The notes beneath the pieces are model-generated. The model was not told where the DNA came from. It did no database searches and saw only the letters and a program-made list of their open reading frames with translations. A program made the position numbers and the translations under genes. A DNA stretch of 64,000 nucleotides from the human T2T-CHM13v2.0 reference genome, Homo sapiens, in NCBI RefSeq assembly GCF_009914755.1, contig NC_060927.1; one strand, 5' to 3'. Positions 1 to 24,859 of this stretch are shown here, one piece after another. How positions within the stretch are numbered: position 1 is the stretch's first letter; the number at the start of each line of letters is the position of its first letter.

Positions 1-584
1 ACAAATTAGTAAACTAATTTGTTTTTGATTTCAGGTCAAAAAGGAATTTTGGTTAATTCTGAATTTGATTTGCCAAGACTAAGTTATAACTATCATTATA
101 AAAGTTTGATATCTAGATTCTAGATAAAACAGGATAATAGGAAAAGGGAATATTTAATATGCAGCATGAACCATGTTTCTCTTTATACATAAAATACTTT
201 ATTGTGAGGCAAATCAATGTTCCAGAAACACACAAATACAGAAATCTAAATATGGGGACAGACTGAATCCTGTTGAGACCTGTCTCAGCTTTCCAATATT
301 TGAATCTATGATTCAAATTGAATCTATGACTCAAATATCCTGAGTACCTACTGGGCTCCTGTTTTGAATCTTGCAGTAGACCTCTAAATGGTTAAGTTCT
401 TCTCTGTCAATTTACACCTTCAGCAGAACACATGTACTGCATTATAATGAAATTATATGCATATGATGCATTATTATGCATTTTTAAGAAAATACACTTT
501 GTTCCAAATTATAGTTTCATTCACAGTAATAGTGTTTCTTGGATAAGTCATCATTAACATAAAGGAGTTGTTTCTCTTAGGTAA

Positions 585-933
<349 letters not shown>

Positions 934-1011
934 TTCAAAATCTTTAAATATATTCATATCCTTTGAATCAGAGTCCACTTTTCAGAGGCTATCCTATGGA
1001 AATAGATCTAA

Positions 1012-1313
<302 letters not shown>

Positions 1314-1337
1314 AGATCTAAATATTTTTAAATTTTA

Positions 1338-2296
<959 letters not shown>

Positions 2297-2921
2297 ACAC
2301 TATAATATCTTTTCTATCTTCAACATTCATACTGAATTATCTGTAGGACTTCAAGCTGCCTATCTTCTATTTACTGTTAGGATGGTGAGGCCTTAGAACC
2401 CCTTGTTCCTGGAACCTAATTGCTTTAAATGTATGGGATGGGTTAGAAGATATTTATTTAATTTATGCATAATCTAAAAGTTTGCACTAACTTAGATAGA
2501 AGTGAATGCTTATACTATGAAAGGACCACCTTAATCCTGACCTCCCAACACAGCAATCCTCTATTACCCAGCTGTCAGCATAAACTTACAACAGTTCTCT
2601 AGGTAGCATTCTGGAAGGAGAAATGGCATCAGCAGAATGTTTTCCCTCACTCTCTGAATGAGCGAGCTGTGACCTTATCTCTTCCCTTTATGGATCTGGG
2701 TTAAACCTATCACTCATGATATTAACATCCATATATTCACTAGAACGGAATTTTTGATGATTGATTACATGTATCCCTGCAGGGGATTTTAAAAAAACCA
2801 AAATCTAAATAGTCATCATCAGAATCAAAACCAGAACTATACTCACCCTGGGAGGTCATTCTTTAAAGCTTCTATTCTGGATTAAATATATCCCAATTCC
2901 CCAGCCACTTGAAAATGACTA

Positions 2922-3133
<212 letters not shown>

Positions 3134-3196
3134 TTAAAACAGTAAGTACCAAATGTCTAAATGATAAAAAAAATCAATTTCAAAGAATAAGGCACC

Positions 3197-3575
3197 TGTA
3201 TTAGCCCGTTCTCACACTGCTATAAAGACACACCTGAGACTCAGTAATTTACGAAGAAAAGAGGTTTAAATTGACTCACAGTTCTGCAGGCTGTACAGGA
3301 AGCATGGCTGGGGAGGCCTTAGAAAACTTACAATCATGGCAGAACACAAAAGGGGAAGCAGGCACATCTTCACATGGCCAGCGGGAGAGAGACAGAAAGA
3401 GAGAAGGGGGAGGTGCCACACACTTTGAAACAACTGGATCTCATGAGAACTCTATTATGAAAACAGCAAAGGGAAAGTCTGCCCCCTTGATTCAGTCACC
3501 TCCTACTAGGCCCTTCCTCCAACTCTGGGAATGTGACATGAGATTTAGGTGGGGACACAGAGCCAAACCACATCA
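3197..3575 (-). mobile_element. MaLR solo LTR (MSTA/MSTB-like)
   Basis: TGTATTAGCCCGTTCTCACACTGCTATAAAG...GGGGACACAGAGCCAAACCACATCA is the reverse complement of MST-family LTR ends. Confidence 0.85.
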
Positions 3576-5206
3576 GGATCTAAAACACACATATAAAATA
3601 AGTAGCCAAATATATGTCTGAATAGAGAATCATCTCACATTTTTTGTCCAATGTTTACCTAAAAATGTACAATTTTCCAAATGACTCAGATTTTTATCTG
3701 AAGTCCTAACTTTATATATATCCAATCTTCCAGAGTATGAAATGTGGAAAAAGAGTGAATTTTAGGAAGGCAGTAATAAAGAAATCAAGCTTTCCAAAGC
3801 AGATGTTTTTCACACTCGACATCGTAATATTCAGCAAGTTAATTATGTATTGTTTTTCCTTTTAAAAAGCAATACATAAATGCAAAAAGTCATTAGCAAA
3901 TCAAATTTAGCAATATATAAAACGGATAATTAATACATCACAACCAAGTGGGATTCATCCTAGGAATGCTAGACTAGTTACACATGTGAAAATCAGTGTA
4001 TTTTACCATATCAAAAGTCTAAATAAATTTTTTAAAAACCAGATGTTATATCAATAGATGCAGAGAAAGTTTTTACTAAAATGAAACATTCATTCATGAT
4101 AAAGACTCTCAAAGTAAGAATAGAAGGAAACTTCCTTAAACTAACGAAGGGTATCTATGAAAAACCTATAGCTGACATCACATTTAATGGTGAGAGAATG
4201 AATGCTTTCCCTTGAGATCTGGAACAAAGTAAGGATATATTTTCTCACAAGCCCTATTTAACAACACGAAGTACTAACTGGTGCAATAAGGCAGGAAAAA
4301 TAAATAGAAAGCATACAGATGACAAAGAAAGAAATAAAACTCTATTCATAAGTAATATAACTGTCTAGAAAATGCTAAGAATCTACAAAAAAAAAAAAAT
4401 CCCCCAAACAAAAGACCCACTAACAAAAAAACTCAACCTTCTTGAACTAAAAAATAAGTTGCTTCAGTAAGGTCACAGGACACAAGGTCAATATACAAAA
4501 GTCAATGGTATTCCTATGTACCAGCAATGAGCAACTGAAATCCCAAATTAAAAAGCAATACCATTTATCACAGCCCCCTCCCATTAAAGGAGCACTTAGC
4601 TATAAACGTGACAAAATATATGCAGGATCTGTATGTGAAAAACTACAAAACACTGATAAAAGAAACCAAAGAAGAGTCAAATAAATGGAAAGGGACACCA
4701 TGTCATTTACTGGAAGACTCAATATTGCTAAGACTCAATTCTCCCCAGTTTGATCAACATAATCCCAATCAAAATGCTAGCCAGGTCTTTTTATACATAT
4801 ATAAAGTTATTCTAAAATTTACATGAAAAGACAAGGAATTAGAATAGACAAACCATTCTGGAAAAGAAGAACAAAATTAGGGGAGTCATATGACCTGATT
4901 TTAAGACTTACTACAACAATCAATACAGGGTAATACCGGAGGAAGGATACGGTCCACAGATCAATGGAATACAATAGAGAGTCTTAAAAAAGACCTTCAC
5001 AAATATAGCCAACTGCATTTTTACAAAGGTGCAAAGGTAATTCAATGGAGAAAAGATAGTCTTTTAAGCAAATGGTGATGGAAAATTTGTATGTCAATAT
5101 GTATCCCTGCCAAAAAGGAATCTCAGCATATTTACATCTTATTACAACTTATACAAAATAATTAATTTAAAATAGCCCATAAGCCTAAACATTAAATGCA
5201 ACATTA

Positions 5207-5523
<317 letters not shown>

Positions 5524-5597
5524 GTCTACCTGACCTTGGGTTTGGCAATAAGGTTTTAGATATAGCACCAAAAACATATGATAAAGAAAAAAATGAC

Positions 5598-5806
5598 AGA
5601 AAGATGTCAACAATAGACACTGGGGACTAGTAGAAGATAGAGGGGGGAGGGGAATAAGGGTTGAAAAAGTAATTATTGGGTACTATGCTCATTACCTGGG
5701 TGACAGTATCAATCATACCCCAAACCTCAGCATCATGCAATATACCCAAGTAATAAATTGTACATGTACCCTGAATCTAAAATAAAAGTTGAAATTATTT
5801 AAAAAA
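5598..5806 (+). mobile_element. 5'-truncated L1P(B)-type 3' end inserted into the older L1
   Basis: Primate L1 3' terminus (GGGTACTATGCTCATTACCTGGGTGA...CTAAAATAAAAGTTG); flanking AAAGAAAAAAAT-like TSD. Confidence 0.8.
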
Positions 5807-6260
5807 GAAAAAAATTGGTGAGTTAGATTTCATTAAAAGTGAAAACTATTGATTTGTAAGAGAAAGGAGAAAGTGCTAAGAGAATGAAAAGATAAGCCAT
5901 AAATATTTGTGTGGGAGAAAATATTTGCAAATCAGAAATTCTGATAAAAGATCTAATCCAGAATATGTAAAGAACTCTAAAACCTCAATAATGAGAAAAC
6001 AATATAATTTAAAATGGGCAAAAGATCTGAAGACACTTCGTCATAGTAGATATACAGATGGCGAACAAACACGTGAAAAGATATTCATCATCAAAACTAA
6101 CAGGAAAGTGGAAATTAAAACCCCTAGATAGCATTACACACACATTAGAATACCCAAAATCCAGAAACAGACAACAAATCCTGGTAATGTGGAACAAGAA
6201 ATCTCATTTGTTACTAGTGGGAATACAAAATGGCACATTCAGTTTATAAGAAACTGCCAA

Positions 6261-6631
<371 letters not shown>

Positions 6632-6766
6632 TCAAGCTCCTATATATTTATCCAAGTGAACTGAAAAACCTGTATGTGAATGTTTATAGTAGCTTTCTTC
6701 ATCATCACTAAATACTGGAAGCAATCAAGATATCCTTGAATGACAGAATAGGTAACTGAACTGTAA

Positions 6767-7135
<369 letters not shown>

Positions 7136-7363
7136 AGATGGATGAATCTTAATGCATTCTGTTAAGTGAAAAAAGCCAGACTCAAAGTGTTACATGTTGT
7201 ATGATTCCATTCACATGACTTCTGGAAATGGCAAAACTATAGTGATGGAAAATGATTAGATTGCCAGCAGTTGGTAGTGAGGGGAGTTGTTGATTATAAA
7301 GTGGAAGCAAAGCGAAATTTTTAGGGTAAAGGAGTTGTTGTGTATGGTACTATAGGATACATG

Positions 7364-8317
<954 letters not shown>

Positions 8318-9109
8318 ACATGACTCCATGCATTTGTCCAAACCCACAACTGGACATCACAAAGAGTAAACTTTGATGTATGTGAACTTAGAAAATGGAA
8401 AAAAAAATCAACCATGCAATGGGGATCTCTGAATGAGATAAAGATTGTGAAAAATGAATCTACCTTTAATACAAATACCTGATATAACATTGGAAAATAG
8501 TGTTTTGGCTGGAAACTGTAAGACTGAAAACAAAAGGAACTATACATAAACACTGTATGCTAGTTGGTAAATTTGTTTCTCCCAGATCCACAGTCCTGAA
8601 ACTGCTTTACATGTATACTGTGGATAAACAATAAGTAAATGGATGATGGGTGGTGGATCAGATGTCTTACTGTTGGTGAGGGAATTTACAGATAAGCAAA
8701 AAGAAAAGGCAAGAATGAACTTTGTGGTACTAGATTACAGTTGGAGACATCTAACAGATATCTAATGGAATTCATGTTTAGGTTAATAATTGTACAGGTG
8801 GATACATAATTACAGATGTGCGCATATGTGAGTTGGTATACCTACATACATACATTTTCTAGTTCTGTAAGCTAAAAGAAGCAATGACACTCCCGTAGCA
8901 ATCTTGGTTGCTAAATCCAGAACCCAAATCTTGGTTGCTAAATCCAATAAAAGGAACCAAGACTCCTTTGAGAAATAGCTGATTGTAGGGCTGGGGCAGG
9001 GAAAATACAAGATGAGTCTGGAGTATCTTTATGTTAGTATCATAAAGTTAGTTTCCAAATTATTTCCTTTTATGTCTTCCCAAATGAACAGATTTGTATG
9101 GGTTTTTGT

Positions 9110-9565
9110 ATAAGTGCTTTTTGAATTGTGGTTAGAATTTACCATCCTAACCGTTTCTAAGTATATAGTTCAGTAGTGTCAAATATATTCACATTGTGCA
9201 AACAGAGTTCTGGAATTTTCTCATCTTACAAAACTGAAACTCTATACCCAATAAACAATTCCCCATTTCCCTCTCTTCCCAGCCCCTGGCAACCACCATT
9301 CTACTTTATTTTTCTATGAATTTGACTGCTTATACAAGTGAAATCATATGGTATCTTTTTGTGACTATTTCATTTAGCATGTCTTCAAGGTCCATCTATA
9401 TTGCAGCATGTATGTAGCATGTGTCAAAACTTCCTTCCTTTTTAAGGCTGAGTAATAGTCCATTGTATGTACGGACCACATTTTGTTTATCCATTTGTCT
9501 ACCAGCAGATATCTGGATGGCTTCCACCTGTCAGCTATTGTGATTAGTGCTAGTGTGAACATGGA
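9110..9565 (-). mobile_element. L1MB-type 3' end
   Basis: CCCAGCCCCTGGCAACCACCATTCTACTTT and related L1MB 3'UTR motifs. Confidence 0.85.
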
Positions 9566-9590
9566 AGGTTTGTGGGTTTTAAGTGGTTAG

Positions 9591-10458
<868 letters not shown>

Positions 10459-10647
10459 CAAAAAAATTTTTTTTAATTAATAGATTTTATTTTTTAGAAT
10501 AGTTTAAGGTTTACAGAAAAACTGGAGAGATAATGCAGAGTTCCCTTATAACCCCTCTTCCCTGCACTGTTTCCTAATATCATTAACATCTTCCAATGGT
10601 GTGGTACATTTGTTACAAGTGATAAATCAAAACTGACATATTAATTC

Positions 10648-12011
<1,364 letters not shown>

Positions 12012-12138
12012 TCAGCCCTAATGTACCTTGAGGACTTCAGAGATAAAATCCCTGTGCTTCCTATTTCCCACTGAATTTCATTACTTTATTCTTAGATTAA
12101 CAAGAGACTCCAAGAATAGAAATGGGAAAAGAGTACTA

Positions 12139-12462
<324 letters not shown>

Positions 12463-12474
12463 TTAGATTTCTAA

Positions 12475-12776
12475 CTTTTTTTTTTTTTTTTGAGACAGGG
12501 TCTTGCTCTGTCACCCAGGCTAAAGTATAGTGGTGTGATCTTGGCTCACTGCAGCCTCTGTCACTTGGGGCTCAAGAGATCCTCCCACTTCAGTGTCCCG
12601 AGTAGCTGGGACTGCAGGTGTGCACCACTACACTCAGCTAGTTTGTTATAATTTTTTGTAGAGACAGGGTTTCATCATGTTGCCCAGGCTGGTCTTGAAC
12701 TCCTGGGCTCAATCAATCTACCCGCCTCGGTTTCCCAAAGTGCTGGGGGTACAGGTGTGAGCTATTTTGCCTGGCC
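12475..12776 (-). mobile_element. AluJ-type SINE
   Basis: Reverse Alu dimer. Confidence 0.92.
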
Positions 12777-12942
12777 ATATATAGACAAATGTTTTTATGT
12801 GACTACCCCAACCTCATCAACTAATACATTCAAGGATTTAATGATACTGCCTGATCACATGAACCCTGTACTTGACTAGTCAGCTAGTGCATTCTTTTGG
12901 TTATTTCCTCTTCTCACTTTTTCTCTGACAAAAAAATATCTA

Positions 12943-14295
<1,353 letters not shown>

Positions 14296-15168
14296 TACCT
14301 GTCTTAGTTTTTATTTAATATTAACCAGTCTACTTACTTAAAAAAAAAAAAAGTTTTAAAGATGGTTTACAGGAAGACATAAAAATAAGACCATTAAAAC
14401 AAGGGTAAGAATATATGTATTATGTAATATGAAGTAGAGAAATAATTCATAAACTTAAGACTATAGATATTACAGTGCTTACTGAAATTGGATCTAAAGT
14501 TTAAACCAAAATCTTCCTGGTAGACAAAATTAAAAGTAAAATATGATGAGCTACTGATCTCATCTCACAAATTAAAAAATTAATTCTTTCAAAACTGGAA
14601 TGTTTTTCTCTCTTTTGTAATGTTTACTGTCTCCACTGTTTTGCCATACATAGAAGGACAGCAGCATTATTCAGCCTCTACTAATGATCAGTGGATAGCA
14701 AGAAGACTTAATGATTTACTAGGCCTCAAGATAAAAATTAGAGAACATGCTTGCTATTTTCAGACTTTAAACAGGACACTCTGCCACAGTAAATTCAATG
14801 GAAATCAAAGTTTCCCTTTAGCCATTCATTGATAGTCCATACAAGGCCATAACAATTTCTCCACTGCTATCACAAGGTTAAGTGCTTCCCTTTGGTTTGG
14901 TTAGGATAACAAGAACTTCTCACATCCTAATAATAATAATGGCAATACATTAGATGCTACAGAGAAAGAAGGCTGATGCAGTTCCTGTCAAGCAGAACTG
15001 TAATCAATATGGTGAGTGTGAAAACTTTATTTAAATGAAATGATAAAGCATTCATCAACACCTGGGCAAAGAAAATCACCCTTTTCAGATATTCCTAACT
15101 GTCAAATCATCTCGTTGGTTTGGTCTGTTTTAGGTGAAAGCCAAAATGGTTAAGCTACATCCTATAAT

Positions 15169-15170
<2 letters not shown>

Positions 15171-15244
<74 letters not shown>

Positions 15245-15247
15245 TTT
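15171..15247. repeat. Compound microsatellite (TG)16(TA)12(T)21
   Basis: Counted directly; forms the tail of the adjacent AluJ. Confidence 0.95.
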
Positions 15248-15528
15248 GAGATGGGGTCTCACTCTGTCACCCAGGCTAGAGTGTAGTGGTGCAATAATAG
15301 CTAATGCAGCCCTCAAATTCCTGGGCTCAAGTGATCCTCCTTCCTCAGCCTCCCAAGTAGCTGGGACCACAGGCACACGCCACCATACCCAGCTAATTTT
15401 TAATGTTTTTGTAGAAAGAGGGTCTTACTATATTGCCCAGGCTAGTCTTGAACTCCTGGCCAAAAGCGATCCTCCCTCCTCCACCTCCCAAAGCATTGGG
15501 ATTACAGGCATGAGCCACTGCACCTAGC
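15227..15528 (-). mobile_element. AluJ-type SINE
   Basis: Reverse dimer. Confidence 0.92.
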
Positions 15529-17040
15529 TTGTATTATTGATTCTATTCCAAAGTTTCAAATACTCAAAAAAAAAAACCCCAAAAGTCACCTGCCCCATAC
15601 TTAAAAACAGAGAAATTTTCAGAGAAAAATTATATATATGATATTGAGCAAGGGTTTTAAGAATTCCATTAATTAGTAACTTAAGAAAACAGGCACAAAT
15701 TTGGTAATAGTAGAGGAAATGGCTATGACCCTGTTATGAAAAATAGCTGTCTTTAAAACCCTAAAAAATAGAAAAAGACAGAATGAGTAGAAAAATGCTT
15801 TTAATATTGATATTTTTAAATATAACATCCATTATTTATCAGTAAATATACTCATAACAATAATAATCAGGGCCCTGAAGAGAGGTAGCTTTATAGTCTT
15901 TACCATAGTTTCCAAGCTTATTAGAATTATAGAAAAAGCAGCTTAATTTGACTCTAATCACTTTTATAAATTATGTATAAAAGGACTGGCAAATTTGGAT
16001 TAACTATGAGTGGTAGATAAAACTAATTTCTTATAATTTAGTAATTAGCAACACAGATATAAGAGAAGTATCTCCTAGCTTACCCAGAATTTGAAGGAAA
16101 ATAGATGGTCTCAGTGGTAGAGCAACCTCTACACAGGTCATGGTCATCAGGATTCCAGGGGGTTCTGGGTTATGGAGCTCAACTATATTCTTCCTGACTT
16201 TAGTCAGTATCCAACTAATTATCCTAATTCTATTGTCTAAAAATAAGAAATCAGACCCTCACTTTAAGAGTTTGAAGATTTCTTATTTCTACTCTAAAAC
16301 TGGGAAGAGGAGGGTGGCGGAGGGAGGGAGGGAGGTACACAGGGAGTGAAGGAGGGAGGAAGATAGATCACCTACATACAATATTTTGGGAGAAATTTTC
16401 TCAGACTCTGATTTGGATATACTCGAAGCCCAATTTGTTTGGGACTGTGTTCTCCTGAGAAGATCTGTAGAAAGATTAAACTACTACCAAGAATAAAATG
16501 CAAAGGTTGAAACCTAAAGATGGGTTGTGCTGATTACTTGAAATAAGGAGCAAAGGAAAAGAAGGCAATGCAATAATCCCTTCGTCTTTCCTAACTTGTG
16601 TGTAAATGGCAAAAGCAAGTCAGAATAATTTCTCCCCTAATCCCTGTATGAGCCAGAATTGTTTAGTAGGCCTGAGAGAAGACTGACACAAAGATAAGGA
16701 GACAGCAACGCCCTGATGTGTTGAGATGCCATGCCAGGACATCTGTTTCTGAGCATTTCATTCATTCATTCATTCATTCATTCTTTCACTCATGCAAACA
16801 TTTTGAGTTTATTGCATTTGTAAGGCTCTGAGCTAGCATGCACAGAGAATACAAAGATGACTGTGTTGCTGAAACATTGCTGTATATAAACTAAACCCTA
16901 ATGCAAGCAAATGTAGGCTTTAAAGTATTTAGCACAATGCCTAGCACATGATAAGCAATTAACAAATGTTAGCTATTATTAAAAATCAAATGGTTATTTA
17001 GATTGTATGACAATGCTCACTATTTAAACAAATCTTATGG

Positions 17041-18260
<1,220 letters not shown>

Positions 18261-18338
18261 TGAATGCTTTACTAAAGGGAAACATTCTTTTGCAAAGTAA
18301 ATAATCACCCCCAACTTAAAAAATAAATACATATTTCA

Positions 18339-18674
<336 letters not shown>

Positions 18675-19564
18675 TTATAATAGATGCCAGGACATAGGTA
18701 TCCCTCACAATCGAGTATGAAGATGTTTCATTACAAAATAAAATTTAAGGAGTCCCTAAATCCAAACAACTTCTGAAAATCATTTTTTAAATGCCCATAT
18801 ATTTAGAAATAAAGATCTTAATATGTCTGCAAGTTTATACAAAAACAAGTTTAGTGAGAAGTACCTAGTGAGAACTGATTTAAGCAACTAGATCTAAGGT
18901 ATCCTGTTTTCATTTATTGTAAGTCCCACTGATTAGATTCTGTTTGTTCCCCTCTCTATTGTCCTCTGCCCTGAGAAACTTAAACCATCCATTCTTTTTC
19001 TCATGAATACAGTTTGAGCACTAAATTGCAAAGAAAAACATGGATCTGGTTTAGGACTGTGCACATAGTCCCGAATGAAATACATCCCACAAGAGAAAAT
19101 GAGGATAAAATATAACACTGCTATTTATTTAATTCAAAGTATATGTATTCTTATATTTAGAAGAGCCAGACAGGCACAGTTTCTTCATCTGTAAAATAAA
19201 GGTGGATTATGTAATCTTCAAGGTCTCCTCTGTCTCTAGAAACTATGATTTTTCTATTTAATCCTTTTGAAAACAGACAAAAAGAGCTGTAGTATGACCT
19301 CCCTAAGGCTAAACAGAAGCTTGTCAACAATGACTAGGGTTAGGCTCCTGATTTATCCCTGCACTCACTGGAGATAGGCAGATAAATCAGCCTCAACCCT
19401 GACCTCACAGAGTTCACAATATCGTAAGGGAAGAAAGTGAGGGGTAAAGAACTTGACAGCATACTTTAGATACAGAGCCAGGAGAAGGTAAGGGAGTAAC
19501 AGGAACTTTATAATTTCTTCTTTCAAGCCCTTCACACCTCCCTGCCAAATCTGATCATCTAAAG

Positions 19565-20096
<532 letters not shown>

Positions 20097-20663
20097 ATCT
20101 AAAGCAAATCCACATTAGACCCCATCCACTTAATGTTCTTACACTAACATCTGGAAATAACATAAAACTTGTATGTTTTACATTTCTACTTTTGGCCTGG
20201 GGTAAAAATGAACCAAGAATAATTAAACCACACTCCTCAGGGGACATAAGCTATACTGATTTAAAGAGCGAAACGGCAAAAGTACTTTTTAAATGCTCTT
20301 CAGTATTAATCAGAAGCCCTACTTGGACCAAAAGCAACGGAGAAGAATTTGTCTACCCTTTCCTTTAGCAATTAAAGATATTTCTATAAAGTGATGATTA
20401 CCAAAGGATTATTTCAGCCACCATACTGTTAACTCATTTTGTCACGTGTCACAAATTCAAATGGCCTACCTTGCATTTCTGAAGCAAAATTGAACTTTTG
20501 TTTCTTATATGTTATTAAAGGAGAACACTGTCCTTGGGAAGCAACTCTAAGGTTGATAACTATCTGGGGCTTCAAGGGATCTTGTATTTATCTCAGGTCC
20601 AATTAAAGAGCAAAAAAATTCTAACTATACGTATTTATTGAGGCATTAAGAAAAAATGTTTCA

Positions 20664-21090
20664 GCTGGATGCAGTGGCTCACACCTGTAATCCCAGCACT
20701 TTGGGAGGCTGAGGCAGGAGGATCACTTCAGGCCAGGAGCTGGAGAGCAGCCTGGCCAACATAGTGAGACCCCATCTCTACCAAAAATACAAAAATTAGC
20801 TGGGCATGGTGTTGCACACCTGTAGTCCCAGTTACTCAGGAGGCTGAGATAGGAAGATTGCTTGAGCCCAGGAGGTAGAGGTTGCAGTCCCAGTTACTCA
20901 GGAGTCTGAGACAGGAGGATTGCTTGAGCCTAGGAGGCGGAGGCTGCAGTTAGCTGTGATCACACCACTGTACTCCAGCCTGGGTGACAGAGCAAGACCC
21001 TGTCTTAAGATAAAATAAAATAAAATAAAATAAATGAAATGAAATGAAATGAAATGAAATGAAATAAAATAAAATAAAATAAAATAGATA
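20664..21090 (+). mobile_element. AluJ with a 62-nt internal duplication and (TAAAA)/(TGAAA) tail
   Basis: Direct reading. Confidence 0.92.
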
Positions 21091-21921
21091 AAATGATTAG
21101 CACTTGGAAGACTACAAAAACACTCCTAAACCATAGATTTTAATTCTAAAACATCATCCATTTAGAGAATCTGGAGAGTGTGGAAATTTCCTCATACCCA
21201 TAGGATGCATAATCTGACTTTGGATTCAGGGATACTGCACAAATTTACATTTGCAAATGCAATTCGTACAACTGAAGAAAAAGACTGAGTACAGTTAGGT
21301 TAAAATGAAATTAAATTTCTGGTTCCCTAAACAGTCATAATTAAAATTCTAATAAAAATTGAAGAGATGTGGACAACAGAAATATCTCGAGAGACTGGTC
21401 AAATCAATTAAGAAAATACGTGTTAATATTTTTCTGTCAATGTGATACCACCAGAATCCAATTAAGCATCAAAATCCCTGAATCCCTGACAGCTATCCCT
21501 CTAATACTTCCTTATTTCTAATGGTCCCCAGCTAGAATACTCTCAGAAATCAATGTGACCCTAGTGAGATTTGGTAGCATCTGGTCTTGGCATAAAGAGT
21601 GGGTACAATTTGGATAAGGAGATTGGGGATGGGCTGGGAAGGGAAAAGAAGAATAAAATGATCCTGGCTTAAAGGAAAACCTGAGTGAAAAACAAAGTGA
21701 ACAAATGAGGAGCAAAAAGAAACAATGAACAATTCAGTTTGGCTGAATATTTGGCCCATATTTGAAAAATAAGGTTGCAAAGTTGGGCTAAATGGTGCTA
21801 AGTTTTGAAGGGGCTTGTAAGTTCAAATATATGAATTACATTCTGAGTACAAAGAGAACCACTAAAAAGTGTATGGCAGGAGAAAAGACTATCACAGACA
21901 CAGTTTAGAAAGATTTATGTG

Positions 21922-22250
21922 GGCTGGGCACGGTTGCTCACACATGTAATCCCAGCACCCTGGGAGGCGGAGGTAGGTGGATTGCTTGAGTCCAGGAGTT
22001 TGAGACCAGCCTGGACAACATGGTGAGACCCTGTCTCTACAAAAAATACAAAAATAAGCTGGGTGTGGTGGCACGCATCTGTGGTCCCAGCTACTAGAGA
22101 GGCTAAGGTGAGAGGATCACTTGGCCCCAGGAGGTCAAGGCTGCAGTGAGCCATGATCATGCCACTGTACTTCGGCCTGGGCGTCAGAGCAAGACACTGT
22201 CTCAAAAAAAAAAAAAAAAAAAAAAAAAAGAAGAAGAAGAAGAAAAAACA
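21922..22250 (+). mobile_element. AluJ within L2 remnants
   Basis: Dimer, poly-A then (AAG)n tail. Confidence 0.92.
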
Positions 22251-22509
22251 ATTGATGTGGTGTACTGGCAAAACGAATTTGGAATTTGGGAAAGCTGAAG
22301 ATGGAGAAACTAGTTAGAAAGCTACCTTAATTGTCTTGTCGGAAGTGATGTTGGTTTGAATTACATTAGTGGCAATGGAAACAGGCAAGAAAGTACAGAT
22401 ATACAAGACATTTTAATTACAAAATAGAAGAACTCCTCAAGTGTGGAGGACAAGAAGACAAAAATGTTAATGCAAAAGATATTTGCAATTTACTAAAATA
22501 AAAAACTTT

Positions 22510-22790
22510 GGCCAGGTGTGGCAGTCCACACCTGTAATCCCACCACTTTGGAAGGCCAATGTGGGAGGATAGCTTAAGCCCAGGAGTTTGAGATCATCCT
22601 GGGCAACATAGAGACCTCTTCTCTACAAAAAATAAACAAAGTTAACTGAGCATGGTAGTGGATGCCTGTGGTCCCAGGCTGAGGTGGGAGGATTGCTTAA
22701 AGCCAGGAGGCTGAAGTGAGTCGAGGTCGTGCCACTGCCCTCCAGTCTGGGCGATAGAGTGGAGAGTGTGTCTCAAAAAAAAGAAAAGAA
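22510..22790 (+). mobile_element. AluJ-type SINE
   Basis: Diverged dimer. Confidence 0.9.
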
Positions 22791-22799
22791 AATTATTTT

Positions 22800-24670
<1,871 letters not shown>

Positions 24671-24859
24671 CTTCTGAGAATAATATTTAGGGCACTGACC
24701 AGTTTATTATATAGTACAGAGGTATCAGTTTCCTTATGAACTAAATATGTTTAATATTCTTTCTAGAAAAGTATCAATAGGCTGTATAAATTATCATACC
24801 TAAAAAAATGCTATGAATATTCTATTAATATACTACCTTTCTTCCCACAGCTCACCTTC

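Noticed and set aside
2841-2880. Minus-strand 30-nt pseudo-exon (2847-2876) with a strong AGG|GTGAGT donor
   Set aside because: Poor pyrimidine tract and a TGA in phase 0; no other support. At best a poison exon.
4608-4826. L1 ORF2-like peptides (also near 5907-6249 and 63115-64000)
   Set aside because: Fragments of dead L1s with stops and frameshifts.
8900-8946. 20-nt direct repeat AATCTTGGTTGCTAAATCCA (similar short duplications near 18570, 57860 and 63340)
   Set aside because: Only two copies inside old repeats; ordinary local duplication, not an array.
16302-16332. G-quadruplex-like (GGGA)n tract
   Set aside because: Common low-complexity purine repeat with no associated feature.
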